Shown here one piece after another: positions 45,679-55,274 of a stretch of DNA of 64,000 nt. The stretch lies in the sequence record OR413575.1; one strand, given 5' to 3'. A program made the position numbers and the translations under genes. The notes under the pieces were generated by a model that saw only the letters and a list, made by a program, of their open reading frames with translations, did not search any database and had not been told where the DNA came from. Each line of letters begins with the position of its first letter. Positions within the stretch are counted from its first letter, which is position 1.

Positions 45679-47115
45679 ATGGGTATTAAATTAGCGTTTC
45701 CGGATTTTGACCGTGATTTTCATGCAATCGGTGAATCTCCGTTGCTGCTCAACTCGATCTACGATGATGACTGCGATGTAAAATCCCCAATCAACGCTGT
45801 AATGGTAACCGAATATGATGGCGATTATATTCAAACTCTGCCAAGTTGTGCGTGTGGTAATATCGTAGGTCGTCCTAACTACGACGTACGTTGTCCGAAA
45901 TGTGATACAACGGTAATGTCCCCGGTTGAACGTGGGTTCGTTACTGATGTTTGGGTAGAAGCACCTGAAGGCGTGGTGAGCTTTATTATTCCAACTTACT
46001 TCGCGATGCTGGACGCAGCTTTTAACAAGAATGGATTCAACGCATTCCGGTACCTTTGTCATAACCGATATAAGATCGAGCCAAAGGGTCGTAGAATTGC
46101 GGATGCAGTGAATGAACTGATGGTCCGTATTAATGTTAAACGTGGCTATAATAGTTTCATTGAGAATTTTCCACTTGTGTTTGGAGCCCTGATGGAAATG
46201 ACCGCTTTTAAAGATAAGCGAGCGAACAATGAAAAAGTATTACAGCTGTACCACATGGAAGGTCGTAAACTATTTCCGCGATTCCTTCCAATGCCGTCAA
46301 AGCGTTCTGTTATTACAGAGAAGTCCGGTAAATCTAGAAAGATCGCCGGTGGTTATCAACATCTATTAAACGGTGCAAGTGCTCTATACGAGTCTTGTAA
46401 TCCAGCTTTAACAACACCGGATCGTGAACGTGCTACTTTTACAGCACTGACCATGTTCCGTGATTATCATTCTTTCGTTGACCGTGAGATCTTAGGATCT
46501 AAAGAAGGATGGTATCGTAAACATGTTTTCGGCTCTCGTATGGGACCTACATTCCGAGCTGTTATCACATCGCTTGCTGGGATACATGACTACGATGAAC
46601 TCTATCTTCCATATGGAGTAGCCATCGCCACATTCCGACCGTACATCATGAACAAGTTGCTTCGTCGCAACTATACGGTTAACGACGCAGAAAGATTTAT
46701 CATTAACGCGATTACCGCGAAAGGGGATCAGGCAGATAGTCCGATGATGGCTATCATTAATGAACTGATCGAAGAATGTCCGCATAAAGGATTACCTGTA
46801 TTATTCGGTCGACAACCTACGCTGAACTTACGTTCAATTCAGTTGTTGTACGTTACTACAGTTAAATCTGATCCGGCTGATAATACTATCAGCTTCTCTG
46901 TATTGGCGTTGAAAGCACCTAACGCCGACTTCGATGGAGATCAGATGCAGTCCATGCCTATCCTTAGTCATGTTGACTGGGAACGTGCTAAGATGCTTGC
47001 ACCACATTCGGGTGTAAACTCCTTAGATGCGCCACGTTCTTTGAACCGTAACCTGGAAATGCCGGATACAGATTTCTCAATCCTGAATAACTTTATGTAT
47101 GGGGCCCACCGATGA
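45679..47115 (+). CDS. non-virion RNA polymerase beta-prime-like subunit (phiKZ gp55-like)
   Basis: Zn ribbon CACG..CPKC, RQPTL and catalytic NADFDGD. Confidence 0.92.
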   Translation: MGIKLAFPDFDRDFHAIGESPLLLNSIYDDDCDVKSPINAVMVTEYDGDYIQTLPSCACGNIVGRPNYDVRCPKCDTTVMSPVERGFVTDVWVEAPEGVVSFIIPTYFAMLDAAFNKNGFNAFRYLCHNRYKIEPKGRRIADAVNELMVRINVKRGYNSFIENFPLVFGALMEMTAFKDKRANNEKVLQLYHMEGRKLFPRFLPMPSKRSVITEKSGKSRKIAGGYQHLLNGASALYESCNPALTTPDRERATFTALTMFRDYHSFVDREILGSKEGWYRKHVFGSRMGPTFRAVITSLAGIHDYDELYLPYGVAIATFRPYIMNKLLRRNYTVNDAERFIINAITAKGDQADSPMMAIINELIEECPHKGLPVLFGRQPTLNLRSIQLLYVTTVKSDPADNTISFSVLALKAPNADFDGDQMQSMPILSHVDWERAKMLAPHSGVNSLDAPRSLNRNLEMPDTDFSILNNFMYGAHR

Positions 47116-47732
47116 GAGTGAAAGTTATTGCCGGGGACAACGCGATCTTGTCTGCCACAGCGTTTGGTAAGAAACGCCGTGAAGATATTGATCGTGGCAT
47201 GGAACGTCTTCGGAGAGTAGGAAGGAACTTACGCTCAGGGGCACTAGAAAAGATGGAGAAGCTGGAGGATAATATCCGTCGCTTCTTTGATTCTGATATT
47301 GACGATGCTTTACGTAATGTCAATAAACGTCGTAAGGTAGGATTCCGTGATGATGTTGTTGTATTCTTTGGAACTAACGAAGCGATAGCTGACGCAGGTC
47401 CAAGAGCGCGGCGATGGTTACTGGGTAATAAACGCCTGGCTAATCTCTTCCGTCAACAGCGTCTCGATGGTTGGGGAGCACCTCCAGAGTTCCTGGATGT
47501 TGAACCTACCGAACGTGATCCTTACTATGTAGCCGTCCGGAACGGGGTAGTAGAACAGGATGCGGAGCAACCTGAAGTATACTATTCCGAATATAGTTAT
47601 GGAGATTGTGAAGTTGATGGTGAAGTACTCACCGTTGGCGCACAGCTTGATCTCGTAGCTACTTACGATGTCATTGACGATTTGTTAGATCAAGGTATCG
47701 ATCCGACGAGTCCGACAGGAGAGACATTATAA
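47112..47732 (+). CDS. conserved core protein (phiKZ gp59 position)
   Basis: ATGA overlap; C-terminal DPTSP motif; synteny only. Confidence 0.55.
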   Translation: MRVKVIAGDNAILSATAFGKKRREDIDRGMERLRRVGRNLRSGALEKMEKLEDNIRRFFDSDIDDALRNVNKRRKVGFRDDVVVFFGTNEAIADAGPRARRWLLGNKRLANLFRQQRLDGWGAPPEFLDVEPTERDPYYVAVRNGVVEQDAEQPEVYYSEYSYGDCEVDGEVLTVGAQLDLVATYDVIDDLLDQGIDPTSPTGETL

Positions 47733-47740
47733 ATCCAATG

Positions 47741-47776
47741 GAAAGGTAGGGCTCACGCTCTACCTTTCTTTTTTTG
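47741..47776 (+). terminator. intrinsic terminator
   Basis: GAAAGGTAGGGC-TCAC-GCTCTACCTTTC plus U-tract. Confidence 0.85.
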
Positions 47777-47793
47777 TTCCTCTGGGAGATTAT

Positions 47794-48186
47794 ATGGAGA
47801 GCGTTTACATTACCCCAACTGAATATCAAGATGATCCGGCTAAGATAGCTGACCTTATATTCAGTAACAGTCTTCTGGCCAAGAAATCACAAACCGCTGT
47901 GTTCTACGGTAATATTTCTTCGTTAGATGCTGTAATGAAAGAATACATCAATCGACCTACTCAATTGAAGATGGAAATCGAAACGTTGTACAAGACTTTG
48001 TTCGAGCGCTATTTCGATAGCTGCGATGTGGACATTGAATTGCAACAGGATTCCAAAGTAGGTAACGCATTGACCATGATTATCCACATTACCTACACGA
48101 ATAATAACGTTGTCCGCCAATTGGCTGAGACGGTATTGTACATGAACGGTAAAACACGTAAATTGACGGAGCGTATCAATGGCTGA
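47794..48186 (+). CDS. conserved core hypothetical protein
   Basis: GGGAG SD; beta-alpha-alpha-beta-beta pattern. Confidence 0.65.
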   Translation: MESVYITPTEYQDDPAKIADLIFSNSLLAKKSQTAVFYGNISSLDAVMKEYINRPTQLKMEIETLYKTLFERYFDSCDVDIELQQDSKVGNALTMIIHITYTNNNVVRQLAETVLYMNGKTRKLTERING

Positions 48187-48859
48187 TATTCCAGAAGTTG
48201 CCGATGAACTACCATTACCGGCAGAATATGATGATCGTGCGTTGGACATGATCCTCGATAGCTATAATATCGAACAAATCCCTCGCGTTGGGCTGAGTGT
48301 CTTCCGCAGTCGTTATCTTCCTTTATTAGCTAAACAACATCCTCGCGAAGTTGATATTGACGCAGTACGCGCGATGTGGGTAGCTGAAGTAGCTCAAACG
48401 TATCGTTTACCGGTATTCGTTGTAGACGACGCTGATCCGGAAAAAATGGTTTACCGTGTTCCTCCGCTGGTAGGATCTGTCAATACCGCGATTACTGGCC
48501 ATGAGTATTCCATGAATTCACTGGATAAGAAAGAAGAAGCTCTGAAGGGTCGCTTTAGTCGCCAGGCAGATAACTTCCGTGAGCAGAAGTATAACGCTTT
48601 TGCAGCACACGACCACGTTAACCGTCTTTATCAATTAGATTGGATCACTATCATGGTAAATGAAGGGTATTTAGTGGAACTCAAAGAAACCATAGGCGAT
48701 GGACCTTATCCAGATCATGTCGCCGCTATTATCGGGGACAAATTAGATAAGATCGATCTGACTAAACCTACCGATAATACGTTGCCCTTACATCAGGGCG
48801 GTTCCGCATCGTCGATAGGTCTTTTGGATGAAGACGAAGAATATGAAGACGACGAGTGA
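48179..48859 (+). CDS. conserved core hypothetical protein with acidic tail
   Basis: VFVVD..P....Y.VPPL motif; DEDEEYEDDE C-terminus. Confidence 0.65.
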   Translation: MADIPEVADELPLPAEYDDRALDMILDSYNIEQIPRVGLSVFRSRYLPLLAKQHPREVDIDAVRAMWVAEVAQTYRLPVFVVDDADPEKMVYRVPPLVGSVNTAITGHEYSMNSLDKKEEALKGRFSRQADNFREQKYNAFAAHDHVNRLYQLDWITIMVNEGYLVELKETIGDGPYPDHVAAIIGDKLDKIDLTKPTDNTLPLHQGGSASSIGLLDEDEEYEDDE

Positions 48860-49988
48860 GTTGACCAGTGTTGTTCGTGATGAAATACATGTTACATTCG
48901 GCACTGATTTTCACTTTGGGAGTCGAAGGACTCCCTCTCTTACCACTCTAAAGGGTGTTAAGCACGCATGGCCTGATAATCCCTCAATGGCGCAACACGA
49001 TTTGTTTATAATCGGCGGGGATTGGATGGACAGGTTGTTAAACTTGGCTGAGAAGGACGTGTACGAAGCACAAGAGGCATGTATACATATCCTCAAGGTC
49101 TGTAAGAAGTATAATGTTAAGCTACGCATAGTAGAAGGGACATGTAGTCACGATAGACGTCAATCTATCATGTTCACGGAGTTGAATACTCGTCTGGAAA
49201 TCGGTTGTGACCTGAAATACCATCAGGACTTAACTATTGAATACATCGCTGATTTGAATTTATCAGTTTTATTCTTACCTGACGAATGGCATCACGACTC
49301 TAACGAAACATTGCGGCAGGTTAAAGCGCTCATCGCTAGCCATGGTTTACAGCGAGTAGATATAGCCGTTGTACATGGCGGGTTTAAATTCCAGTTCCCG
49401 TTAGAACTACCTTCATTGCATGATGAGGTGGAATGGTCGGAACTGGTAACTTACTGCATTTTGTCTGGGCATATTCATGCGCACAGCAAATGCCTTAAGG
49501 TAATCTGCGGAGGATCATTTAACCGTAATACTCACGATGAAGATACGGATAAAGGTCATGTAGACCTCGTATTATCCAAAGGGAAGGTTAAAAGCGTTAA
49601 GTTCATTAAGAACCCATTCGCTAAGATATACAAAACTATCAATATCTTCGACCTGGAAATCCAGGATGTTATCCTTCGCATTGAAGATCTTGGTAAATTA
49701 CCGACCGGTTCTGCTATCCGTTTAGAGTACCAAGGACTGGATCCTATCCGTGCTATCCGTGAAACTGTTGACGCAATGTTCCCGCATCTTATTTTTACTG
49801 ATATTAAACGAGTAGATAAGAAGGAGAAATCTCAAAAGCGTTTATTCTCATCTAAGATTTACCAACCAGTAGAGATTACGCGAAACTCTGTTGCTGGATT
49901 AATAGTAGAAAGATTAGCCGCTAAAAACTTATCCCTCGATACCTTAGACTTAGCCAGAAAAGTCATTAATGAAACAATGAAGGAATAG
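48841..49988 (+). CDS. sbcD: SbcD/Mre11-like metallophosphoesterase nuclease subunit
   Basis: TDFHFG, GGDWMD, GTCSHD, VHG and GHIH motifs. Confidence 0.82.
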
Positions 49989-49992
49989 TATA

Positions 49993-50181
49993 GTGGAAAC
50001 TTTAAACCTTGTCATCACAATTTTACAATATGCCACCGCGTTCATGATGGTTGTAGGCGGACTGATAGTTGGTCTTCTACTAGCCGCTTTGTTCAAGTTC
50101 AGTGATCTCGGTGTGGGGAGATTCAATGGTAGACTTCGATCTGTTGTTAACGAAAAGAAAAAAGGACAACTTGCCAATTAG
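49993..50181 (+). CDS. small single-pass membrane protein
   Basis: AAGGA SD; about 30-residue hydrophobic stretch followed by a basic tail. Confidence 0.5.
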   Translation: METLNLVITILQYATAFMMVVGGLIVGLLLAALFKFSDLGVGRFNGRLRSVVNEKKKGQLAN

Positions 50182-50956
50182 TGTTGGTACGTCCTTAGCA
50201 ATCGAGGCGCTTCGTGAAAACAAGCGCTACGATTCAATCTGGATTAACATCCGGACGCTGTACCGGAACATTCTTCATTCCATTGAAGATAAAGACGAAC
50301 GTGAACTCTTCACCACTCCGTCTAACCGCAAGGAAGCGGCTGCTGCTATTGCCAGAGCAATTTCTCAGGAAACAGGTATCATCAAGAACTTCCTTAACGG
50401 TCGTATTGATGCGGTGCGTTTGTATTGCTTAGGTTATACCGACCTGCACCGTAAGTTTCCTAACGCTAAGTTAAAGGTACCAACTACTGATATCCAGAAA
50501 AACTATTGGGGTTTAATGGATGCGGTTATCGATGCAGTGCTGGCAGAAGATTACGATCAGGTAATCGAGTGGGATAAAGGATCGGAACTCGAAGGCGAGC
50601 ATACTCGATCTGTTATCATCACAAACCACGCTGTTGATTTATTAAGCCGTACTAAGTTTAAGGAACTCCGTTTGTTAGAGTCCCATACCGGCGTAATCAA
50701 ATCCAAGTCTCAATGGTTCACTAAGCTGTCAGACGGTAAGATGTTAAGTAACATTCCGTTTAACCGCTTTACCATTCAGATCTTTGGCGACGGTCCTTTC
50801 CAATTCGAACGTTGGGGGCATAAGTTCCGTAACGAAATCATTGGGTTAGCTATGGAAATGCGCTGGACACCGGTAACGACACTTGAACGTATCAAGTTTA
50901 GTCTTAATCGGATGCGCGATAAGTATAGTGGCGAAGCACTCAAGAAGCTGTTGTAA
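50126..50956 (+). CDS. PIN / 5'-3' exonuclease-like core protein
   Basis: GGGGAG SD; PISVGTSLAIE and IWINIRTLYRN; fold call is tentative. Confidence 0.5.
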   Translation: MVDFDLLLTKRKKDNLPISVGTSLAIEALRENKRYDSIWINIRTLYRNILHSIEDKDERELFTTPSNRKEAAAAIARAISQETGIIKNFLNGRIDAVRLYCLGYTDLHRKFPNAKLKVPTTDIQKNYWGLMDAVIDAVLAEDYDQVIEWDKGSELEGEHTRSVIITNHAVDLLSRTKFKELRLLESHTGVIKSKSQWFTKLSDGKMLSNIPFNRFTIQIFGDGPFQFERWGHKFRNEIIGLAMEMRWTPVTTLERIKFSLNRMRDKYSGEALKKLL

Positions 50957-51021
50957 GTCAATTCTTACGCTGTGCTCCTATCATTTGTACAAACCTATAA
51001 CATGCATGAGGTATCTTCAAA

Positions 51022-51795
51022 ATGGCCGAATATTCACTGGGTCGTAAACACCGTCGTTTAGATGACTGGGCTCTTCGTCTCTGGGGAGACGTAGCTCCTG
51101 GAGCTGAAAAACCAACTTTCTTTTATATCGATTTCCGTTACGGTCTGAACGAAGAGTTCCGTGACGTTGAACTCGGTATGAACTTCCGTAAACAGGGTAA
51201 AGAAGGGAAACTCAAGTGCTTCCCTGACCAAGCGATTTTCTTTGCATTCACGAAGAAAATCAAAGACATGGTTGACTTCCCGGATCGTTTCCCGATTGGC
51301 TACACCCGTATGTACGACAACATGTCGAACTTCATGGGTGGTAAGCGCGTAGAACAAGCGTTCTCTGATATCAAACTGGTTGTCGGTAAAGACGAACAGG
51401 GTATTTGGGTATCGCTGGGCAAGAAAGGGCACGATAAAGTTAAGTGCTACTTCAACGCGCCGATGAACTGGGTTCTGCGCGACGGTGAAGGTCGTCCTTT
51501 GACTGCGTTCGAACAATCGTGCGAAATGGCATTCTCCATTGTTAGTCAGTGGGAAGACAACATCCAGCACGTACTCAACCATCAATACCTGGGCGATACC
51601 GATCTCCAAGCGGCCAAAGATAAAAAGAAAGCTGATGCTTTCGGTGCACGTCAAGGCGGCCAGGGCGGTAATGGCGGTGGTGGTTGGAACAAACCACAAG
51701 GCGGTCAGCAACAAGGTGGTTGGGGTGGCGGTCAGCAAGGCGGTGGACAAGCTGCATCTTCTGCACCCATCTTCGACGACACGCTTCCGTTTTAA
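51022..51795 (+). CDS. chmC: nucleic-acid-binding protein at the ChmC position, with G/Q-rich tail and SSB-like C-tip
   Basis: Directly upstream of the sigma-like subunit gene among the large ORFs; GGQGGNGGGGW..QQGG tail; ends IFDDTLPF. Confidence 0.55.
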   Translation: MAEYSLGRKHRRLDDWALRLWGDVAPGAEKPTFFYIDFRYGLNEEFRDVELGMNFRKQGKEGKLKCFPDQAIFFAFTKKIKDMVDFPDRFPIGYTRMYDNMSNFMGGKRVEQAFSDIKLVVGKDEQGIWVSLGKKGHDKVKCYFNAPMNWVLRDGEGRPLTAFEQSCEMAFSIVSQWEDNIQHVLNHQYLGDTDLQAAKDKKKADAFGARQGGQGGNGGGGWNKPQGGQQQGGWGGGQQGGGQAASSAPIFDDTLPF

Positions 51796-51891
51796 TAACG
51801 TACCTGAGGACTTCGATGATGAGGTCCTCGATCTACCTGTCATATCTGCAAGGGTAATGGCAATTATTGAACGTTTAGCGGGTGTGTAGTA

Positions 51892-52029
51892 ATGGAGCGA
51901 TCTCTTGATGACAAGGACGTTGCTCACTCAAGGATGAAAGGCGTCGTGGAAGCAGTTAAAGCAATTGTAACTATACCTGGAATGTTGGTGCTTTTGTTTC
52001 TACTGTTTATCAAACGCGCAATGAGCTGA
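51892..52029 (+). CDS. 45-aa membrane micro-protein
   Basis: MERSLDDKDVAHSRMKGVVEAVKAIVTIPGMLVLLFLLFIKRAMS; ends just before a terminator hairpin. Confidence 0.45.
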   Translation: MERSLDDKDVAHSRMKGVVEAVKAIVTIPGMLVLLFLLFIKRAMS

Positions 52030-52034
52030 CACAG

Positions 52035-52068
52035 AGGAGAAGGAGCATCGCTCCTTCTCCTCTTAAAT
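52035..52068 (+). terminator. hairpin terminator
   Basis: GAGGAGAAGGAGC-ATC-GCTCCTTCTCCTC. Confidence 0.7.
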
Positions 52069-52093
52069 TTTTCCCATCTAATAAAATCTCTGT

Positions 52094-52112
52094 TATATAT
52101 TATCTTAGTGAA
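52094..52112 (+). promoter_or_regulatory. early-type phage promoter (variant)
   Basis: TATATATTAT-CTT-AGTGAA. Confidence 0.7.
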
Positions 52113-52142
52113 TGAGTTATTTGAATTTCTAAATGAGGAATC

Positions 52143-53705
52143 ATGTTGATGAAAATTTTACCAGGTATCTGCGTAGCTAACAATACAGATGACGTATGGG
52201 AAACAGCGATCGTCCAACACGGTAGACAATCTGTAGAATTTCCATTGTCGTTCTACGGCCGTTTGAAAGAAGGTACTCGTTGTTTCCGAGACTTCAATAA
52301 TTACTTGGCATGGTATAGTCAAGTGAATGGTCCGATGATCGATAAATTAATGGATTTAATGGTCAAGGCTCATAAAGCAACGTCGTCCATTTTCGCGACA
52401 GATGAGACGCACACTGAAGTACATGGAATCGTACGTGAGATCCTTAACATCGTAACATTGGAGTCTGTAGCATTATGGATGCGTCATGACGAGAATATTG
52501 TCAACCCTGACATTTCCGAAGATAAATCAAGTAACTATAAACCGGAACAAACATACAACCTGATCGAGTATGATGATCTGGTACGTATGACGATCGTACT
52601 GAAAGTACTCGTTCCAATCTGGGGAGCGTTCACACCGAAACTCAAGAAGGTATTACCAGGCACGACTGAAGAACGTTTACTCAGTCTTATCAAGTCAACT
52701 GACCTGGAACAATCGGCACCGTTCAACCGACATCGTACTTTTGTCGATACGGTAACATCAGGTAAACTGACATTAGCCGGGGTATTAGATGGTATTAGTA
52801 CAACTACATTACCGAAGCGTTGTTTTGCATCGGCAATTGTAAACAAACTAGCAATCATTGATTTAACGTGGGAATCAGATCTGGATATTCCAGGTACCCG
52901 TGTAGTGAGTATTGTAGCAAATACCCACCGTTACATCAAGACGGTATATGAATCCATCAACAAAGGTGAATACATTACCGGCGCTAAGATCTTCCGTGAT
53001 AAACAATCTGGCGAAGAGGATAACACTTCTATCGCAGAGAACTATACCGTGAAAGAAGACGTACCGGAAGTATCTAAGGTATTCTTCGACTACTACGGTA
53101 AAGATTACGAGAAGATTGCGAAAGCAGTTCTTCCAGACATCAACATGGATGCGGTTACAGATATTCTTCATTATAACCGTGCTCGTAAGATGTTCGTTCC
53201 TACTGAAGTACAGTATAAATTAGTATCGTTAGTAATGGCTCAACAAATCGGTGTAAGATCGTTACCTTACACTAACCGTGAATCATCGATCAACATTATC
53301 TCAATCGCTCAACAAGTAGCGTATGAGTTAGGTTATCCGAACATCGCGGCTTTGATGGGCGCAACTACAATGTTGAACGAAGACTTTGATCCGATGTTGT
53401 GCGAAACAAAGATTCTACGTGCTCAGGTACGTCAGCAACAAATCGCTGAACTGAATACGTATTATCCGTACAAGAAGAAGAACAAGTCTCCACGTAGTCC
53501 GTATAAGAACCCTGCTGAAGTTGCCATAGAACAACTAGCATCTAAGTTCGCGAACTACGTTTGGTTAGTATCGGTACCAGAGTTCATTGCAAAAGACGTA
53601 TCTCTTGAGAAAGACGATATGTCAGATGGTTGGTTAGTACGTGAAGACTTCCGCCCTGAGCTGGCAGATTTCTTTATTGAAGTTAACCGCACTATCTATA
53701 AGTAA
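52143..53705 (+). CDS. non-virion RNAP promoter-specificity subunit (phiKZ gp68-like)
   Basis: 520 aa; position in the core block; TY...EY..L..M..VLKVLVPIWG.F motif. Confidence 0.65.
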   Translation: MLMKILPGICVANNTDDVWETAIVQHGRQSVEFPLSFYGRLKEGTRCFRDFNNYLAWYSQVNGPMIDKLMDLMVKAHKATSSIFATDETHTEVHGIVREILNIVTLESVALWMRHDENIVNPDISEDKSSNYKPEQTYNLIEYDDLVRMTIVLKVLVPIWGAFTPKLKKVLPGTTEERLLSLIKSTDLEQSAPFNRHRTFVDTVTSGKLTLAGVLDGISTTTLPKRCFASAIVNKLAIIDLTWESDLDIPGTRVVSIVANTHRYIKTVYESINKGEYITGAKIFRDKQSGEEDNTSIAENYTVKEDVPEVSKVFFDYYGKDYEKIAKAVLPDINMDAVTDILHYNRARKMFVPTEVQYKLVSLVMAQQIGVRSLPYTNRESSINIISIAQQVAYELGYPNIAALMGATTMLNEDFDPMLCETKILRAQVRQQQIAELNTYYPYKKKNKSPRSPYKNPAEVAIEQLASKFANYVWLVSVPEFIAKDVSLEKDDMSDGWLVREDFRPELADFFIEVNRTIYK

Positions 53706-53722
53706 TCTAAATAACATTAAGA

Positions 53723-53741
53723 TATATATTACCTTAATGAA
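53723..53741 (+). promoter_or_regulatory. early-type phage promoter
   Basis: TATATATTAC-CTT-AATGAA. Confidence 0.7.
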
Positions 53742-53774
53742 GAAGTTAATTAATTAATTAAGAGGAATTACCAA

Positions 53775-55259
53775 ATGGCCAAACCAATCGCGACTTCTAT
53801 GATTTTCTTCGAAACTGATGGTTTTGAAGATCAGAGCGCTCGTTCTTATCGTTCAAAGAACTTCGGCGATGATACGGTTGATCGTTTAATCCGCGCGACT
53901 GATAAAGGGCGTAATATTTCCAGTGGTTCTTTATCAGCAGTAGTATCAGACATCATCGAGTTGGATGCAAATGCAAACACTCGTATTCATATTCCAAATG
54001 GTTGGGGTGAAAAACGTCTTTCCTTTATTATCGAACTTCTCCTGAACGAAGGTCGTAGCAACGAGTGCCGTCAGGTATTAACTGGATATACTGACAAATC
54101 TGATCTCTCACTTAGCGGTGAAATGGATCCGGAAATGCAGATGTTCATTAACAACAGTTTCATGATCACTAGTCATGCGCGACCTGGGCGCGCAGGTCGT
54201 GGTCGTCAGCAACGTATCATTGCGAATGACTTCATCATTCGTAGTGCTTACGATACTGAAGATCGTCGTAGCCGTCGTGATCGTCCTCAGGAAATGCTTC
54301 TGCGTTCTGAAGACATCTTCTATAATCGCGATAGCCATAATACGCTGACTAACACTCGTCGTAAAATACGCGATGGTCGTTCTACTTTGGATGGTGAAGT
54401 TAAATTCGCACGTCGTGCAGATGCTAACGTATCCAACTACATTGAGTCGATCCTCCGTATCGGTGTAACTGCGGAAAATAAACGCCGTACTGACGATTAT
54501 CATTTCGGCGATATCGATACGTCGATGGCGCCTGATTATGATGAGCGTATGTCCGACCACAGCCGCAGTAGCGTATATGAAACAGCTTCTGGGTTTACCC
54601 GCAGCGGTGATGTAGATACGCACGGTATATTCAAAGACTGGTTGTTAGATACAGACTTTGAAGGTTGCGGCATGATTGAACTTCAATCATTCGAAGCATC
54701 TGTTGTGTTAGGTTGCGATCCGGTAATGATCACTCCGGGGTCTATCGAAAACGGTGGACGTAATTATCATCGTCATCGTCGTGGTGACAATGCCGAGTGG
54801 GGCGGTTCTCATCGTTATGATGTACTGCCTGATATCATTAAGAACTCAATTGTTTCTATCATGTTACGTTATACTGTAGCAGCAGCCGATATCATGATTA
54901 CTAATGATACCGACGACGGGCAATTGATCGCTCACGTATCGAATGAATCGTCAGTGATTCATGGGAACGATCTGTCTGGGTTACTGGATACGATTGAAAC
55001 TACAATTGCATGTGAGCTAGGTAACATCGTTACTCGTAATGGTCACGATGACATTACAATCACCTGTAACTATAACATGTTAAGTGGGATGTTGATCGAG
55101 ATCGATACTCACGATGGCTCTACACCTGTTCGTCATAACGCAGCTATCTTTACCGATGGCTTACAAACCAACATGCGTACTGATGACGAAACTGTTCTGG
55201 ACAACATCTCTGAAGACGCAGTTAGTCTGGTAGACGAAATCCTCTCTGCAAGTAACTAA
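53775..55259 (+). CDS. picA: phage-nucleus protein import factor PicA/Imp1 (phiKZ gp69 position)
   Basis: 494 aa following the gp68-like gene; FETDG..DQ..R.Y and PNGWGE.RLSF motifs; assignment mainly by synteny. Confidence 0.62.
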   Translation: MAKPIATSMIFFETDGFEDQSARSYRSKNFGDDTVDRLIRATDKGRNISSGSLSAVVSDIIELDANANTRIHIPNGWGEKRLSFIIELLLNEGRSNECRQVLTGYTDKSDLSLSGEMDPEMQMFINNSFMITSHARPGRAGRGRQQRIIANDFIIRSAYDTEDRRSRRDRPQEMLLRSEDIFYNRDSHNTLTNTRRKIRDGRSTLDGEVKFARRADANVSNYIESILRIGVTAENKRRTDDYHFGDIDTSMAPDYDERMSDHSRSSVYETASGFTRSGDVDTHGIFKDWLLDTDFEGCGMIELQSFEASVVLGCDPVMITPGSIENGGRNYHRHRRGDNAEWGGSHRYDVLPDIIKNSIVSIMLRYTVAAADIMITNDTDDGQLIAHVSNESSVIHGNDLSGLLDTIETTIACELGNIVTRNGHDDITITCNYNMLSGMLIEIDTHDGSTPVRHNAAIFTDGLQTNMRTDDETVLDNISEDAVSLVDEILSASN

Positions 55260-55274
55260 TAAGGCACATTTCCA

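Noticed and set aside
51058-51927. 289-aa minus-strand ORF over the ChmC-like gene
   Set aside because: No SD or promoter; composition mirrors the sense codons.
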